A stretch of 62,794 nucleotides of DNA, filler included, from Basidiobolus ranarum (taxonomy: Eukaryota), in the NCBI GenBank assembly GCA_040143965.1. It is 35 parts of 35 records of this genome, joined end to end, with 100 filler letters (N's around TTAATTAATTAA, not from the genome) between each part and the next. Parts side by side here need not be neighbours in the genome. Positions count along the whole stretch, not along the records: positions 21,629 to 23,326 come from JASJQH010011404.1; positions 23,427 to 25,124 come from JASJQH010011405.1; positions 25,225 to 26,922 come from JASJQH010011406.1; positions 27,023 to 28,720 come from JASJQH010011407.1; positions 28,821 to 30,517 come from JASJQH010011408.1; positions 30,618 to 32,314 come from JASJQH010011409.1; positions 32,415 to 34,110 come from JASJQH010011410.1; positions 34,211 to 35,906 come from JASJQH010011411.1; 27 more parts are not named here. The stretch is one strand, 5' to 3'. Below, piece by piece: positions 22,106 through 34,769 of the stretch. A model generated the notes under the pieces. It was not told where the DNA came from. It worked only from the letters and a program-made list of their open reading frames with translations, and made no database searches. A program made the position numbers and the translations under genes. The stretch's first letter is position 1. Each line of letters starts with the position of its first letter.

Positions 22106-23326
22106 TAAAGTTACCTGATGACCAAAAATCATTTGGAAGCAAATGGGTGATTAAGTTAAACAGCAAGCTGATGGATCTATAGAGAGATATAAAGCCAGAC
22201 TTGTGGCTGAAGGATACTCTCAAATGGAAGGAGTGGACTACAAGGAAACATCTACTCCTGTAGCAAATTTTAATTCCATCAGAACCATACTAGCAGTAAC
22301 AGTAAAACAAAGCTTAAAAATCCATCAAATGGATGTTAAAACTGCTTTTTTGAGTGGGCACTTAGAAATGGATATATTCATGGATCAACCAGATGGTTTT
22401 GTGGATCCTGAGCACTCTGAGGACATGTGTAAGCTTCTAAAATCACTTTATGAACTTAAACAATCATCCAGGGCCTGGTTCACCAAGATAGACACATACC
22501 TGGAATCACTTGATTTCCAAAAGAGTATGGTGGATGTTGGGATCTACTTTAAGACAGATAAGGACAGTAGGGTGATCCTTGCCTTATATGTAGATGATCT
22601 CATTATAGCTACCAATAAGAATGAAGCTCTCAGGAACACCAAAAGAGATTCATCAGTCCAATTCAAGAAGACCAATTTAGGTGAACATATATATTTTTTA
22701 GGTCTGCAGATCCATTCAGATATATTGAGCAAATCTATTAATCTATATCAATCTAAATACATCTCAGACATTCTTAGACATTACAGGATGGAGAATTGCA
22801 AGCCAGCAGCAACTCCCATTGATCCAGGTGTGAAGCTAGTCAAAAATCACACCAAAAATTATGAAAATTGGCCAAATATGGCTCAAATTATGTCATTTGA
22901 AAGCCCTGAGTCTCCACATTAGTTTATGGTAGGTAGTTTGATCTATGCTATGACTGAAACCTGGCCTGATATCTCTTTGGCAGTGGGAGTAGTCAGCTAA
23001 CATGTGCAAAACCCTGGATCAGAGCATTATGCAGCAGTTAAGCTGATTTTCAGATATTTTAAGGGGACAATATGATCTTGGATTAAGATACACATTTTCT
23101 TATGAGAATAAGGATCTAACTTGGTTTAGTGATGCAGATTGTGGATGTAATATTGAGGACAGGAGATCAATCACAGGATATACCTTTTGATACAGTGAAG
23201 CAGCCATATCTTGGAATAGCTAGAAACAACCCACCGTAGCACTTTCAACAACTGAAGCAGAATACATGGCAGCATCACATACAACAACGGAGGCTATGGG
23301 GTTAAGGAAACTGGTCCAAAACTTGG
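22106..23326 (+). mobile_element. Copia RT-RNase H, degenerate
   Basis: YKARLVA.GYSQ, QMDVKTAFL, YVDDLII, ALSTTEAEYMA. Confidence 0.95.
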
Positions 23327-23426
23327 NNNNNNNNNNNNNNNNNNNNNNNNNNNNNNNNNNNNNNNNNNNNTTAATTAATTAANNNNNNNNNNNNNNNNNN
23401 NNNNNNNNNNNNNNNNNNNNNNNNNN

Positions 23427-25124
23427 GAAGTGCCCAATACAATACTAGAAGTTGTAGTACATTTATCTTAAACCAGGAGATTGAATTGGATCAGAAATAG
23501 CCTTGATTACAATATCAATGAGTCCCAAAATTGGGCCTATGCCTGCTCAGCTCAAATACATGAACCCCAGACTGTAAAAGAGACCCTGAATGGCCCTCAC
23601 ATGAAATTTTGGAGATCTGCAATGACTGATGAGTACCAGGCTTTGATTGATAATCAAACTTGGATTTTGACTAACTTACCTGATGATGGAAAATCAATTG
23701 GCTGCCAATGGGTGTTTAAAGTTAAATAAAACTCTGATGGCAATACAGAGAGGTACAAGGCTAGACTAGTAGCCAAAGGCTATTCCCAAACACCAGTAAC
23801 ATATTGTACTGAAACTCTTGCTCCTGTAGCAAAGTTTAATTCAATTAGAATAATTTGAGCAATTTCAGCTAAATATAGTATATTATACATCAAATTGATG
23901 TTGAAACTGCCTTTTAGAATGGTGAGCTTGCTGAGGAGATCTATATGGACCAGCCAGATGGATTTGTGGACCAATAAAACCCTAAAAAAGCTTGCAGACT
24001 TGGGAAAACACTCTAGGGCTTAAAACAATCTCAAAGAGCTTAGAATATCAAGAAAGATGCTTTTTTGGAAACACTCAAATTCCAAAAGAGTAATGATGAC
24101 CCTAGTATCTACTTCAGGCCAGATAAGACAAACCCAGTTATATTAGCCTTATACGTAGATGACCTTATTATAGCAACCAAAGACTTGAAGACTTTGGAGA
24201 AAACCAAATCCTGCTTATGTGCCAAATTCAAAATGACTGACCTTGGTGAACTGACATACTGTCTTGGAATCCAAATCAAGATAGATAAAACTACCTAACA
24301 ATAACTCTGAACCAGTCAAAGTGTATCCTAGATATACTAAAGAAGTTTAAAATGGAAGAATGTAATCCAGTATCTATCCCAATGGAGACAAATCTTAACT
24401 TGACCAAAAATGGCTCAAATCAGACGTTTTTGGATTCAAATGAAAGCCAGAAATTTCCTTATCAATATATGGTTGGTAGTTTGATGTATATCATGGTTGG
24501 AACATGACCACATATTGCATATTCTGTGGGAGATATGTGCCAATATCTTTAAAATTATGGATCTGTTCAAATCATAGCAGTTAAGTAGGTTTTCAGATAT
24601 TTGAAAAGGTACCAGGGATCTATGCTTAAAATACACATATTCTTGATCAAATTTTGATTTGATGAGATATTCAGATGCAAATTGGGGAAGAGATATTGAA
24701 GAATGGAGATCTACAACAGGATACTTATTTCTTTGCTGTAATGGAGCTATTTCTTGGAATGCAAAGAAACAACATACCGTCGCACTTTCAACAACAGAAG
24801 CTGAATACATGGCTGCCTGTGATGCAACAAAAGAAGCAATTTGGTTACAAAAACTCTTGACAGATTTGGGGTTATTCACAAAATTCACCAACTACAATAT
24901 TGCAAGATAATCAAAGTTATATCAAATTAGCTAAAAATCCCATGTTTCAAAATAGAAACAAACACATAGATATTAAGCATCACTTCATTAGAGAAGCTAT
25001 AGAGAATAAGTTTATTGACTTAACTTGTTGTTCTACGGATGACATGATTGCTGATGTGCTAACCAAACCATTAGCTAGACAGAAATTTGAGAAATTTAGA
25101 CCCTTGTTAGGATTAGTTTATATG
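23427..25124 (+). mobile_element. Copia family A RT-RNase H, degenerate
   Basis: Paralog of 3612-4640; YVDDLII, YSDANW, ALSTTEAEYMA, KHIDIKHHFIRE, ADVLTKPL. Confidence 0.96.
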
Positions 25125-25224
25125 NNNNNNNNNNNNNNNNNNNNNNNNNNNNNNNNNNNNNNNNNNNNTTAATTAATTAANNNNNNNNNNNNNNNNNNNN
25201 NNNNNNNNNNNNNNNNNNNNNNNN

Positions 25225-26922
25225 CCCAATGAGTCCACTAGCTGTACTTTGCCTCAAAGTTTTGGTAACACTGCCAAAAGACAAGATACCATGTAGTTAC
25301 CACAGTTATATGACCAGAATGATGTAGGTAGAAATGCAACTTTGATTGAACTAGTAAGTCCAGACAACTTTGAGGTCTTGCTGCTAGATGTTGACCTTGG
25401 GTATTCCAGTACCAATGGTAGTATATCAGAAGTTGAAGAAGAAGACAATGGTTTTGTTATGGAGTCTTTGTTATTGGCAATTATTAGTCCACTCATGACA
25501 CTTACAATAAAGGAAGAAGCTTAGATTTTTGAGGAGTGGAGAGTTCAATCCAATCTTAGCAACTAGGTTTTTGTTGGTTTTCTTACACTTTTACCACAGT
25601 TGAATGGCTACTGTTGCTTGCCACAGACTTGGTACAAGTGGAAAACACTTTTCAATTCCCTAACAAAACTAAAATTGATTTGATCCGGATTGGATCCCCC
25701 CTCCAAACTAGTAAAACCATCAGAAAACAATCATAACATCAGTGGCTTGCATTCCACCAGCAATCTTGATGGTGTGATGGTGGTTTCTTGATGGTATTTT
25801 GATGGTATTCATACATGTTAAAATATTGATCTTCAAATTTGGCATGCATTATTCAATATCTGGCAATTTTTGCAAAAACCCAATTTTGGAATGGCAAATT
25901 ATTGGGTTTACTGGTGTAGGAATTCAAATTCATATGCATGCCTTTATTTAGATATTTTAGGCTTTGTATTCCAGCAATATTGAGAATCAAAAAATACAAG
26001 AATCTTGTTGTGTTTAGTCTCTACATATACACATACTTCACTGATTAGACATAACTCAACAGCATCTATATTCTTTACCATCAAACTATTGGTCAAAAAA
26101 TTGCTAAACATCTGAGATTTTGAATAGCACTGACACTTGGCAAATAGCTGACTCTTGTTACCATTCACAATGAGAATAAGAATTGGGATTTTGGCAAATT
26201 TCCATAAAGAGTTCAGCCAATATATCCCCAACTTGCAGTCAACGAATGTCCTGCCACAAACAGATGTGTCATTGCCTGGATAGATTACCCCAAGGCTAAA
26301 ACAATAATACTATGTAACTTGATCAAACTCACCAAGAAGTCTGTCTTGCAGCTTTCCTGAAAATACCATCAGATCATTACACAAACAAATTAGTCGAAAT
26401 TATAGAGATACTTATTTTGTGTCCATGAATTGGGCTTTGTTGCTGTTATTGTGCTCTAACAATGCAAAAACCCGTGGGCACATTAAAAAGAGCCCTTTGT
26501 TGGAAGGTTTATATACTCTGGAGTCTCCTTAACCCATTGATTTACATCCATCACTGATTTTGCTGATGCATTTTGATCAGATTAGCATATGGTAATATGG
26601 ATAACCGTAACAAAAATAAAATCGATTTGATCCGGATCGGATCCACCCTCTGAAATAGCAAAACCGTCAGAGAACCATCACAATATTGCTGGCTTGCATT
26701 CTGCCAGGGATTTTGATGGTGTGATGGCAGGTTCTTGATGGTATCTTAATGGTATTCATACATGTTAAAATATTGATCCTCAAATTTGGCATGTGTTATT
26801 CAATATGCAGCAATTTTTGCAAAAATATAATTTTCAAATGGCAAATTACTGGGTTTACTGCTGTAGGAATTCAAATTAATATGCATGCCTTTATTTAGAT
26901 ATTTTAGGCCTTGTATTCCAGC
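25225..26922. mobile_element. Three stacked copies of the CACTA family: transposase N-term (+, 25225-25657), terminus A and C-term (-, 25658-26604), second terminus A (-, 26605-26922)
   Basis: Homology switches exactly at CCCTAACAAAA (25658) and CCGTAACAAAA (26605). Confidence 0.88.
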
Positions 26923-27022
26923 NNNNNNNNNNNNNNNNNNNNNNNNNNNNNNNNNNNNNNNNNNNNTTAATTAATTAANNNNNNNNNNNNNNNNNNNNNN
27001 NNNNNNNNNNNNNNNNNNNNNN

Positions 27023-27358
27023 CATGTGTTGAGGTCCAGGCCCGGAGAGAATAAGAGGTGGTGTGACTACACCGGCAAGCATAGCTAAGCAATGTTGGAA
27101 TCCCATGATGATGGCTACAGCCAAAGGCAAGCGATCTTTGAGGCCAATGAACTTTGCGGGTGCTTGCTTGGCAAGTCCTGGCAAGTTGGGAAGACATAAG
27201 AAACTGAAGTCATATTCACCGATCCAACCCTGTCTGGTACACAAGTTACGCATATACCACTTTAGGTTGCTCTCTTCATCCATGGCATAAGAGGTAGGTT
27301 CTGTAGAAATGAAATCTTTTTCATCGATACCTGTAACTATTGTTTCTTCTTTCTTCAT
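27023..27358 (-). CDS. NCS2/NAT xanthine-uric acid permease (UapA/UapC-like), N-terminus, truncated
   Basis: TRQGWIGEYDFSFLCLP..FIGLKDRLP..IMGFQHCLAMLAGVVTPPLI, with the TMS1 QH motif of fungal NAT transporters. Confidence 0.93.
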
Positions 27359-28521
27359 TGTAGCTCTACTAATGAAAGGATTTGAAAGAGTGGAAATGGG
27401 ATGAAAGAGCAAGAAATACTGAATTTTAGAGAAGGCAATGGATTACTTTTATATCAGAGTTTGTGGTGCCCATTTCGATAGATTGGGGAGTCTGTAACTA
27501 AGACTTGTTTTTCTTGACAGATACGATATGAGCACTTGTACTCCCTAAATTTCCCATTTATATCAGTTGATTTTGTTGTGCGTAAAGTTCAGACTCCTGT
27601 TATCTTATCAATGACTGATAAAGAGTATTTTATGGTGTTTCGCCACCTGGGTTGTGTTAACCTAAACCCCGTGATATTGAGCATAGAACAAGGATGGCAC
27701 CTGATAAATTACATATCACTATCCCGTTAGTTAAGTTTAACCACCATCTATCTCAAAATCGGCAAAGAAGCTCGGATAATAGCAGGCTTGTATGACCCAA
27801 AACCGTTTAACTGAAATAGCGTGTGAAAGGGTTCAGTTGAAAATTAAGACTCGTATTTAATTGCTTATAAAATATATATTAGGAACCATTCACTTGTCCG
27901 GTATAGAGTCACATTCATAACGGACCGAGTGCAGCTCATTGATTAAACCGGAAACAACTTCTCACAATGGATTCTATAACATTCAATTCATTGGAGACTT
28001 CTATCGTCAACAAACTTGAAATAAGCTTGTTCCGAACTGACTGAAAGATAACTACAGTCTATGGAATTGATCGGATAGTGAAAAACGTATCTTCCCAGGG
28101 ATAATCCAAACGCTTGGTTTACTCTGGGTTTATTCCCAGTGGATAATCGGCCATAAATGAGAATACGGGTAATCGTGATTGAAATTTCGACGGGTTAGGA
28201 CTTGAATTTGATGTATTTTCAACCTTTTCGAGACTTTATCTGGCTGAATCGTTCAACCCGGAGCATGCGTTAGTAACAGGCAACGCAGGAATTGTTTGAA
28301 TTATTTGGGACCCTTATGTAACCAAATCTAATATGAATTGCTTCCAATTACGGAGATCACATGAACTACACACCCTAACCTAAGTGAATGGTGTATCAAC
28401 TAATGTTATATCAATATGAGTTCAAATTTTAATGAAGTTTTGCCTTAAGTCAACATGATTGATTAAAAGTAAAGTAATTTAGTTCCTAATAATTGGGCCA
28501 ACCATTGTGGATGAATACAAC

Positions 28522-28720
28522 TTAAACTGGATGTCCATTATTCTCTTCCTCTTCAAGATCCTCAGCTTCCTTGGGCATCACCAAGTTCAAAATAATTGCT
28601 ATGATCGACGCAATGGTGAAACCAGAGTTCACAATCATTTCTGCTGAAATGATGAGACCATTGACTGTGGTGTTAGAGCCCTTATAGGAAGAAAGTGCAT
28701 AGGAGAACCAGTCGTCCTTG
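28522..28720 (-). CDS. NCS2/NAT permease C-terminus (upstream tandem paralog; not in ORF track)
   Basis: Manual translation KDDWFSY..GLIISAEMIVNSGFTIASIIAIILNLVMPKEAEDLEEEENNGHPV* resembles the last TMS of UapA-type permeases. Confidence 0.88.
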
Positions 28721-28820
28721 NNNNNNNNNNNNNNNNNNNNNNNNNNNNNNNNNNNNNNNNNNNNTTAATTAATTAANNNNNNNNNNNNNNNNNNNNNNNN
28801 NNNNNNNNNNNNNNNNNNNN

Positions 28821-28905
28821 TTCTGGTCAATAAATAATTATCTCACAAAGCAATTCACAACTCCACTTTTCTAAAGTTCCTCCAAACAGCCCATATTTTC
28901 CCAAT
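28821..28905 (+). mobile_element. Copia LTR-C 3' fragment
   Basis: Reverse complement of 20814-20900. Confidence 0.8.
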
Positions 28906-28909
28906 AAGT

Positions 28910-30517
28910 ACATGATCAAGCCTTTGATTCACTGTGCACAATGCTTCCCCAAGCTCCTACTCTATCTTATCCTGACTTTTCCAAGCCTTTCTTTGTTGCT
29001 ACTGATGCATCTAATGTTGGGTTAGGGACAGTTCTTTACCAGGATGAAGACCAAAATCCACCTCATTGGATTTCTTTCCAAGCCAGATCTTTGCAGCCTG
29101 CTGAACGTAATTATTCTGCAACCAAGAAGGAATTACTAGCCATTGTATTTGCCCTCAAGAAATTTCACCAATATCTCTGGGGAAATCATTTTACTCTTTA
29201 CACTGACCACCGAGCACTTGTCTACATTCATACTCAGAAAACTCTAACACCAATGCTGACCAACTGGCTGGATACTCTACTGGATTATGATTACACTATA
29301 ATTCACCGCCCTGGAATTCTCAATATTCTACCTGATCACCTCTCCAGACTCTTTCCAACTTCCCCTTGGGAGGGACATGTGATTACTGATGTAATCAGCA
29401 AACTTACAACTACTACCAACTCAATCCCCCAGCAAGACCCAGATTCCAGAATTTGCCCACCGCAAAATGAAAGGAACAATCTCATTCAGCAATGCCACCT
29501 ACTAGGACACTTTGGAGCTGATACACTTATGAAGAAGTTGCACTCCAATGGATATCACTGGCCCAACATCAAGTCTGACTGCCTTGATTATGTAAAGTCA
29601 TGCAGAGAATGTCAACTTTACAATATCACATGCCATGGATTTCACCCTTTGACTGCAATACATGCTGAACTCCCTATGGATTGTATTGCTATTGATCTAG
29701 CTGAACCTTTCACAACCAGCAATGATGGAAATCACTACCTCTTTGTGATAGTAGATGTTTGTACATATTTTGTTTTTCTCAAAGCCCTACCAGACAAATT
29801 TGCTACTACCATTGCCCAAGCCTTATTCAAGCTATTCTGCCTCTTTGGATTTCCCAAAATCATTCAATCTGATAATGGAACCAAGTTTGTAAACCAAGTC
29901 ATCAAAGCACTCTGAAATAACTCTGCCATTGATCACAAACTGATCACTCCCTATCATCCTACAGCTAATGGACTTGCAGAAAGACATGTTCATACCTCTG
30001 TGAATATAATCCAAAAATCCATCAAAGGAGTCAAGAAGAATTGGGACAAGTCAATCCCAATGGTTCAATATGCTATCAACACTAAAATTGCTGCACTCCA
30101 TGGATCCACTCCATTCTCACTTATGTTTGGAAGAAAGTTTGACCCACTACAGAACTATTGAAATGTTCTACTCAAACCAATCAACACTGAAGATTTAGTC
30201 AAATGCCTTCAATTTCTAACAGATATAGTCTATGCTGGAATCAACTCAAGAAGCAAAAGTAGTCAACAGAAGATGATATCCAAGCACACTTCTAGACACA
30301 AGGCCACTAGTTTTCCTGAAGGTTCTTTTGTCATGACTTTAGATCCCATCTACCAATTCAAACTTGATCCAAGTATGAAGGTCCCTTCAAGATTATCAGA
30401 ATAACCACTGGAGGATCTTATGTACTTCAAGACAACACTGGAGCCTTACTACCCAAGAACTTTCCACCATCTTCTCTTAAACTTATTTCACAAGATCCTA
30501 TGACTACAGAATCATAT
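28910..30517 (+). mobile_element. Ty3/Gypsy pol: RNase H then integrase
   Basis: TDASNVGLG, ERNYSATKKELLAIV, YTDHRAL, H..GHFG, C.EC, IQSDNG; RH-before-INT order is Gypsy. Confidence 0.95.
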
Positions 30518-30617
30518 NNNNNNNNNNNNNNNNNNNNNNNNNNNNNNNNNNNNNNNNNNNNTTAATTAATTAANNNNNNNNNNNNNNNNNNNNNNNNNNN
30601 NNNNNNNNNNNNNNNNN

Positions 30618-31992
30618 TTTGAATCAAAGTCTGGTGCTCATCTGCCATTACAGATCTCAAATAATTTTGTGTGAGGGCTATTCAGTGCCTCTTTTATGGT
30701 CTGGGGTTCATATACTTCAACTGTGCAGGCATAGGCCTAATTTTGGGACTCATTGATATAATAAGCAAGGTATTTCTAAATCATTATAATTTCCTGGTTT
30801 GGCATACAACTTCCAGTCTCATATTGGGTAATTCAGCAGGCAGAGTTTTGTTGGAGAGTGCACAGGAATGCTATTTTTTTTATAATTTTGGTTTAAATAA
30901 ATTTGAATGATTTAATCAGGATAAGATTGATTTTCTTCATCATCTAAGGTAATTTTTAGTGAAAGTATTTTACTTTCATTGAACAAAACCTTCCAGGCAT
31001 TGATTAACTTTAAATTTTGGGCCTGCTTTGCTTTCCAGATATACAACCCTCACAAATTTTCATTTTGCTGGGGGGTTGACTTGAATCCCAGAAATTAGGC
31101 AACTTTTTATCATTTTGCTCAAATAATCAAATCCTGCATGGCCAAATCTCTTATTACATGTTTGAATAGTTTCTTGAATGGAATAATTTATATTTACACA
31201 TAAACCTCTTGGATCTTGTGTAAGTTTGTTTAAGTTCTGATGCTTTTCTCCCAAGGATAAATAACTCACATTTTGATCAGTAGTGGGGCACCCTGACTTA
31301 TAAAATTGAATCTTAGCCCATCTGAGGTGGCCTTGCATACAGATAATAAATTCTTGACAATATCAGGACCATGTAGTAAATCCTTAAAATTATATGCTTT
31401 CTCTTCAGAAGCTTCAGTTAAAATGATTTGCATTGTATCCTCTCCTAGAGCACCAATGTGCAGCCATCTCTCATGAAGACCTTTCTAATTGGGATCTCTT
31501 CATAATCCACATATTAATGTTTTTGATTTGTGAAATGTTGGTAGGCACCCAAAACATTATACCATGCCTGAGAATCCTTGTTGGTAGTCATAGATAGAAC
31601 AGATATAAACAAGTGATCTTCTGTTGTAACCACATTTCCAGATTCAATTGATTTTTCTACTTTTGGAATTCTATAAAAGCAATCTTTACTTAAGTGGCCA
31701 GTTCTTTGGCAGTAATCACAGAATACATAACTTTTCTTCTTAGAGTGCTTTTGATCCTATACAAAGGTTCTCTATAGCCTACAAAAGAACTTTCTTTTTT
31801 CTTTTAGTTGGATCCTAATTTGCATAAATCTTCACCCAGAAGTCTGTCAAATATATATTTAATGGTCAAATTTTCAGTTCTTAATTCTAGAGCCAATATT
31901 AGGCACTGAAACCTGTGTGGCAGGCTATTCAGGACTGTAAGTATGATATCTTAATTAGTAGTAGGTACTCCAATGCATTCCATTTTATTCAC
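30618..31992 (-). mobile_element. Copia family A gag-protease-integrase remnant with internal deletions
   Basis: Homologous to 36360-37345 and 4430-4830. Confidence 0.88.
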
Positions 31993-32178
31993 TATTGGAC
32001 CTTGGATCAATGTATTAGAGTGGACTTGTTCTATGTGATAGTGCCAGATTGTGCTGTATATATCATATTGGATAAAGTATTCTAAAATTTATGTGGCACA
32101 ATTTGGCACTATCCATCACCCTCTGGCATGATCAATTTCAATCACATTTACTCTAATATATTGATCCAAGGTCCAATA
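31993..32178. mobile_element. MITE-like element with 29-bp terminal inverted repeats
   Basis: TATTGGACCTTGGATCAATGTATTAGAGT (31993-32021) and ACTCTAATATATTGATCCAAGGTCCAATA (32150-32178) are 28/29 complementary. Confidence 0.75.
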
Positions 32179-32204
32179 AATCCTGGCACAATGGAACAAG
32201 TCCA

Positions 32205-32314
32205 TTGATGATAAGACAAAGTATACTTGGGTGTACTTTCTGGCCAGTAAGGATGAAGCCTTTGGTACCTTCAAGAAGTTCAAAGCAATGGTGGAGACTG
32301 AAACAGGTCTAAAG
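32205..32314 (+). mobile_element. Copia integrase fragment
   Basis: [34 protein letters not shown]. Confidence 0.85.
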
Positions 32315-32414
32315 NNNNNNNNNNNNNNNNNNNNNNNNNNNNNNNNNNNNNNNNNNNNTTAATTAATTAANNNNNNNNNNNNNNNNNNNNNNNNNNNNNN
32401 NNNNNNNNNNNNNN

Positions 32415-33035
32415 GTCTACCTAGTTCAAGCACATTCCATGAGGACATCTGCAACCTTCAATCTGAAGAGCCATTGGTAATATCAATCAAGAAAGCCCAG
32501 GATAAACCCAAAAACATCTCCAGCTTGAACTTGTACCGCCATTTCTCTATCATCAACAATCTCTTGTTTTATTAGTAGTGCCTTTATATTGCAGACCACA
32601 CTTCCAGACTCAAAATCATGCAGGAAAGACATGACTCACCATTGGCAGGACACTTTGATGTTGCCAAATCATCTATGTTGGCATCCAGGGATTACTGGTG
32701 GCCCAAAATATTTGCATTTGTCAAGACTTATGTTTCCACCTGTGATACATGTGCTCAAGTGAAGACTCCAAGACATTGGCCCTCTGGCCTCCTACAGACA
32801 CTTCCAATTCCTGATGAGCAGTGGATATCCATATCCCTGGGTTTCATAACTGATCTACCCTTGTCTGCAAATATGATTCAATTCTGGTAATTGTTGACTA
32901 TCTAACAAAGATGGCCCACTTTGTGCCCTGCAACAAGTCAATTTATGCCAAACAAACAGCAGAATTGGTAATTCAAAACATCTTCCACCTACATGGACTC
33001 CCTGAAACTATCATCTTTGACCAAGGACCTCAATT
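32415..33035 (+). mobile_element. Ty3/Gypsy (Tf2/chromovirus-like) integrase
   Basis: HDSPLAGHF..YWWP..YVSTCDTC..GLLQTLPIP..W..IS.GFITDLP; HGLP.TI..DQG. Confidence 0.92.
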
Positions 33036-33047
33036 ACAAAGGGAAAA

Positions 33048-34110
33048 CCATGACAAAGATAAAATATTGATTTGATCCGGATTGGATCCACCCTTCTGAG
33101 TCATAAAACCATTGGAGAAACATTACAATATTGGTGGCTTGCATTCTGCCAGAGATTTTGATGGTGAGATGGTGTCCTCTTGACAATATCCTCACAGCAT
33201 TTATACTTGTTAAAATAGTGATCCTCATTTTTGGCATGCATTGTTTAATTTCCAGCATTTTTTGCAATAATCCAATTTTCGAATGGCAAATTACCAGGTT
33301 TACTGCTGTGGGAAATCAATAATATATACATGCCTGTATTTAGATATTTTAGCTTTGTATTCCAGCCATCATGAGAATTAAAAAATACAAGAATCTTCTT
33401 GTGGTTAGTCTCTACATATACACATACTTGACTGATCAGACATAACTCAACAGCATCAATATGCTTTGCCAGCAAACTAATGGTGAAAAAATTGCTAAAT
33501 ATCTTAAATTTTGAATAGCACTGACACTTGTGAAATAGCAGACTCTTGTTACCATTCACAACAAGAATAAGCTCTTGGTTTTTGGCAAATTTCCATGTAG
33601 AGTTCAGCCAAAATGTCCCCAACTTGCAGTCACCAAATGTCCTGCCACAAGCAGATGGGTCATTGCTTGAATAGATTACACCATGGCTAAAACAATAATG
33701 CTGTGTATTTCAATCTATCTCACCAAGAAGTCAGTCGTGCAGCTTTCTTAGAAATATCATCAGATTATCACACACATATTAGTCCAAGTTATAGAGTAAC
33801 TTACTCTGTGTCCATGGTTTGGGTCATGTTGCTATTATTGTGCTCAAACAATGTAAAAACCCATGAGTACATTGAAAAGAGCCCTTTGTTGGCAGGTTAA
33901 TATACTCTGGAGTCTTCTGAACTCTTGACATTACATCCATCACTGATTTTGCTGATGCATTGTTAATCAGATTAGCTTATGGTATTATTGACAATTTCCC
34001 ATGGAGCATCATTTCACCACAGGTGTGCTCCATTGGGAACTCTCAGAATGTATAGCAAGGGCCTATAATCTCTAAGCATGGTGAAAGATGCAGCAGGGAA
34101 TGTATTGAAT
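33048..34110 (-). mobile_element. CACTA terminus A and transposase C-terminus
   Basis: Starts CCATGACAAAGATAAAAT..GATCCGGATTGGATCC; homologous to 48790-49849. Confidence 0.87.
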
Positions 34111-34210
34111 NNNNNNNNNNNNNNNNNNNNNNNNNNNNNNNNNNNNNNNNNNNNTTAATTAATTAANNNNNNNNNNNNNNNNNNNNNNNNNNNNNNNNNN
34201 NNNNNNNNNN

Positions 34211-34769
34211 CCAACAATTTTACATGAAGCATGATTTCACTGCAGGTGTGCTCCACTGGGAACTCTCAGAATGTATAGCAAGGGCCTATAATCTCTAAGC
34301 ATTGTGAAAGATTCAACTGGGAATATATTGAATACTGGCATAGATTCAGTCTATCTTCTTCAAAACTGTAAAAAGGTTATTGATACCCAATTACAATATT
34401 GTCACTCAGTTGCTGTATCTGACTGAGAACCATCAATGTAAGTTGATGCAACAAGAATATATTAACAATATCCACAAACAACTCTCAATGTTTCCAATAC
34501 TAACCAGGCTGAGATCCTTTCAAGATTCCACTTATATATATCCATATTCAATACTTCCAGTCTTTTCATTTGAATACACACCTAGATGAGTGGATATTGA
34601 TGGGAGTCTGGGTAAAATATGATGGTATCTTGACATTTTCAAGCATTTTCCTAATCAATTGAAACTTTGATCCTATCTTCAATGGCTCATTGATGTTGAA
34701 TTTTCCACTTTATAGCCAAGTAGATATTGTAGGCATGGTGTTGAATAGTAAGTGCTTAGTGCCTAATAG
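34211..34769 (-). mobile_element. CACTA transposase fragment
   Basis: Homologous to 54110-54670. Confidence 0.85.

Noticed and set aside
33034-33322. Recurring small ORFs in the CACTA 3' region (also 49661-49912) and antisense ORFs over Copia/CACTA genes
   Set aside because: Starts, stops and frames differ between copies; they are best explained as chance frames in repeated DNA.
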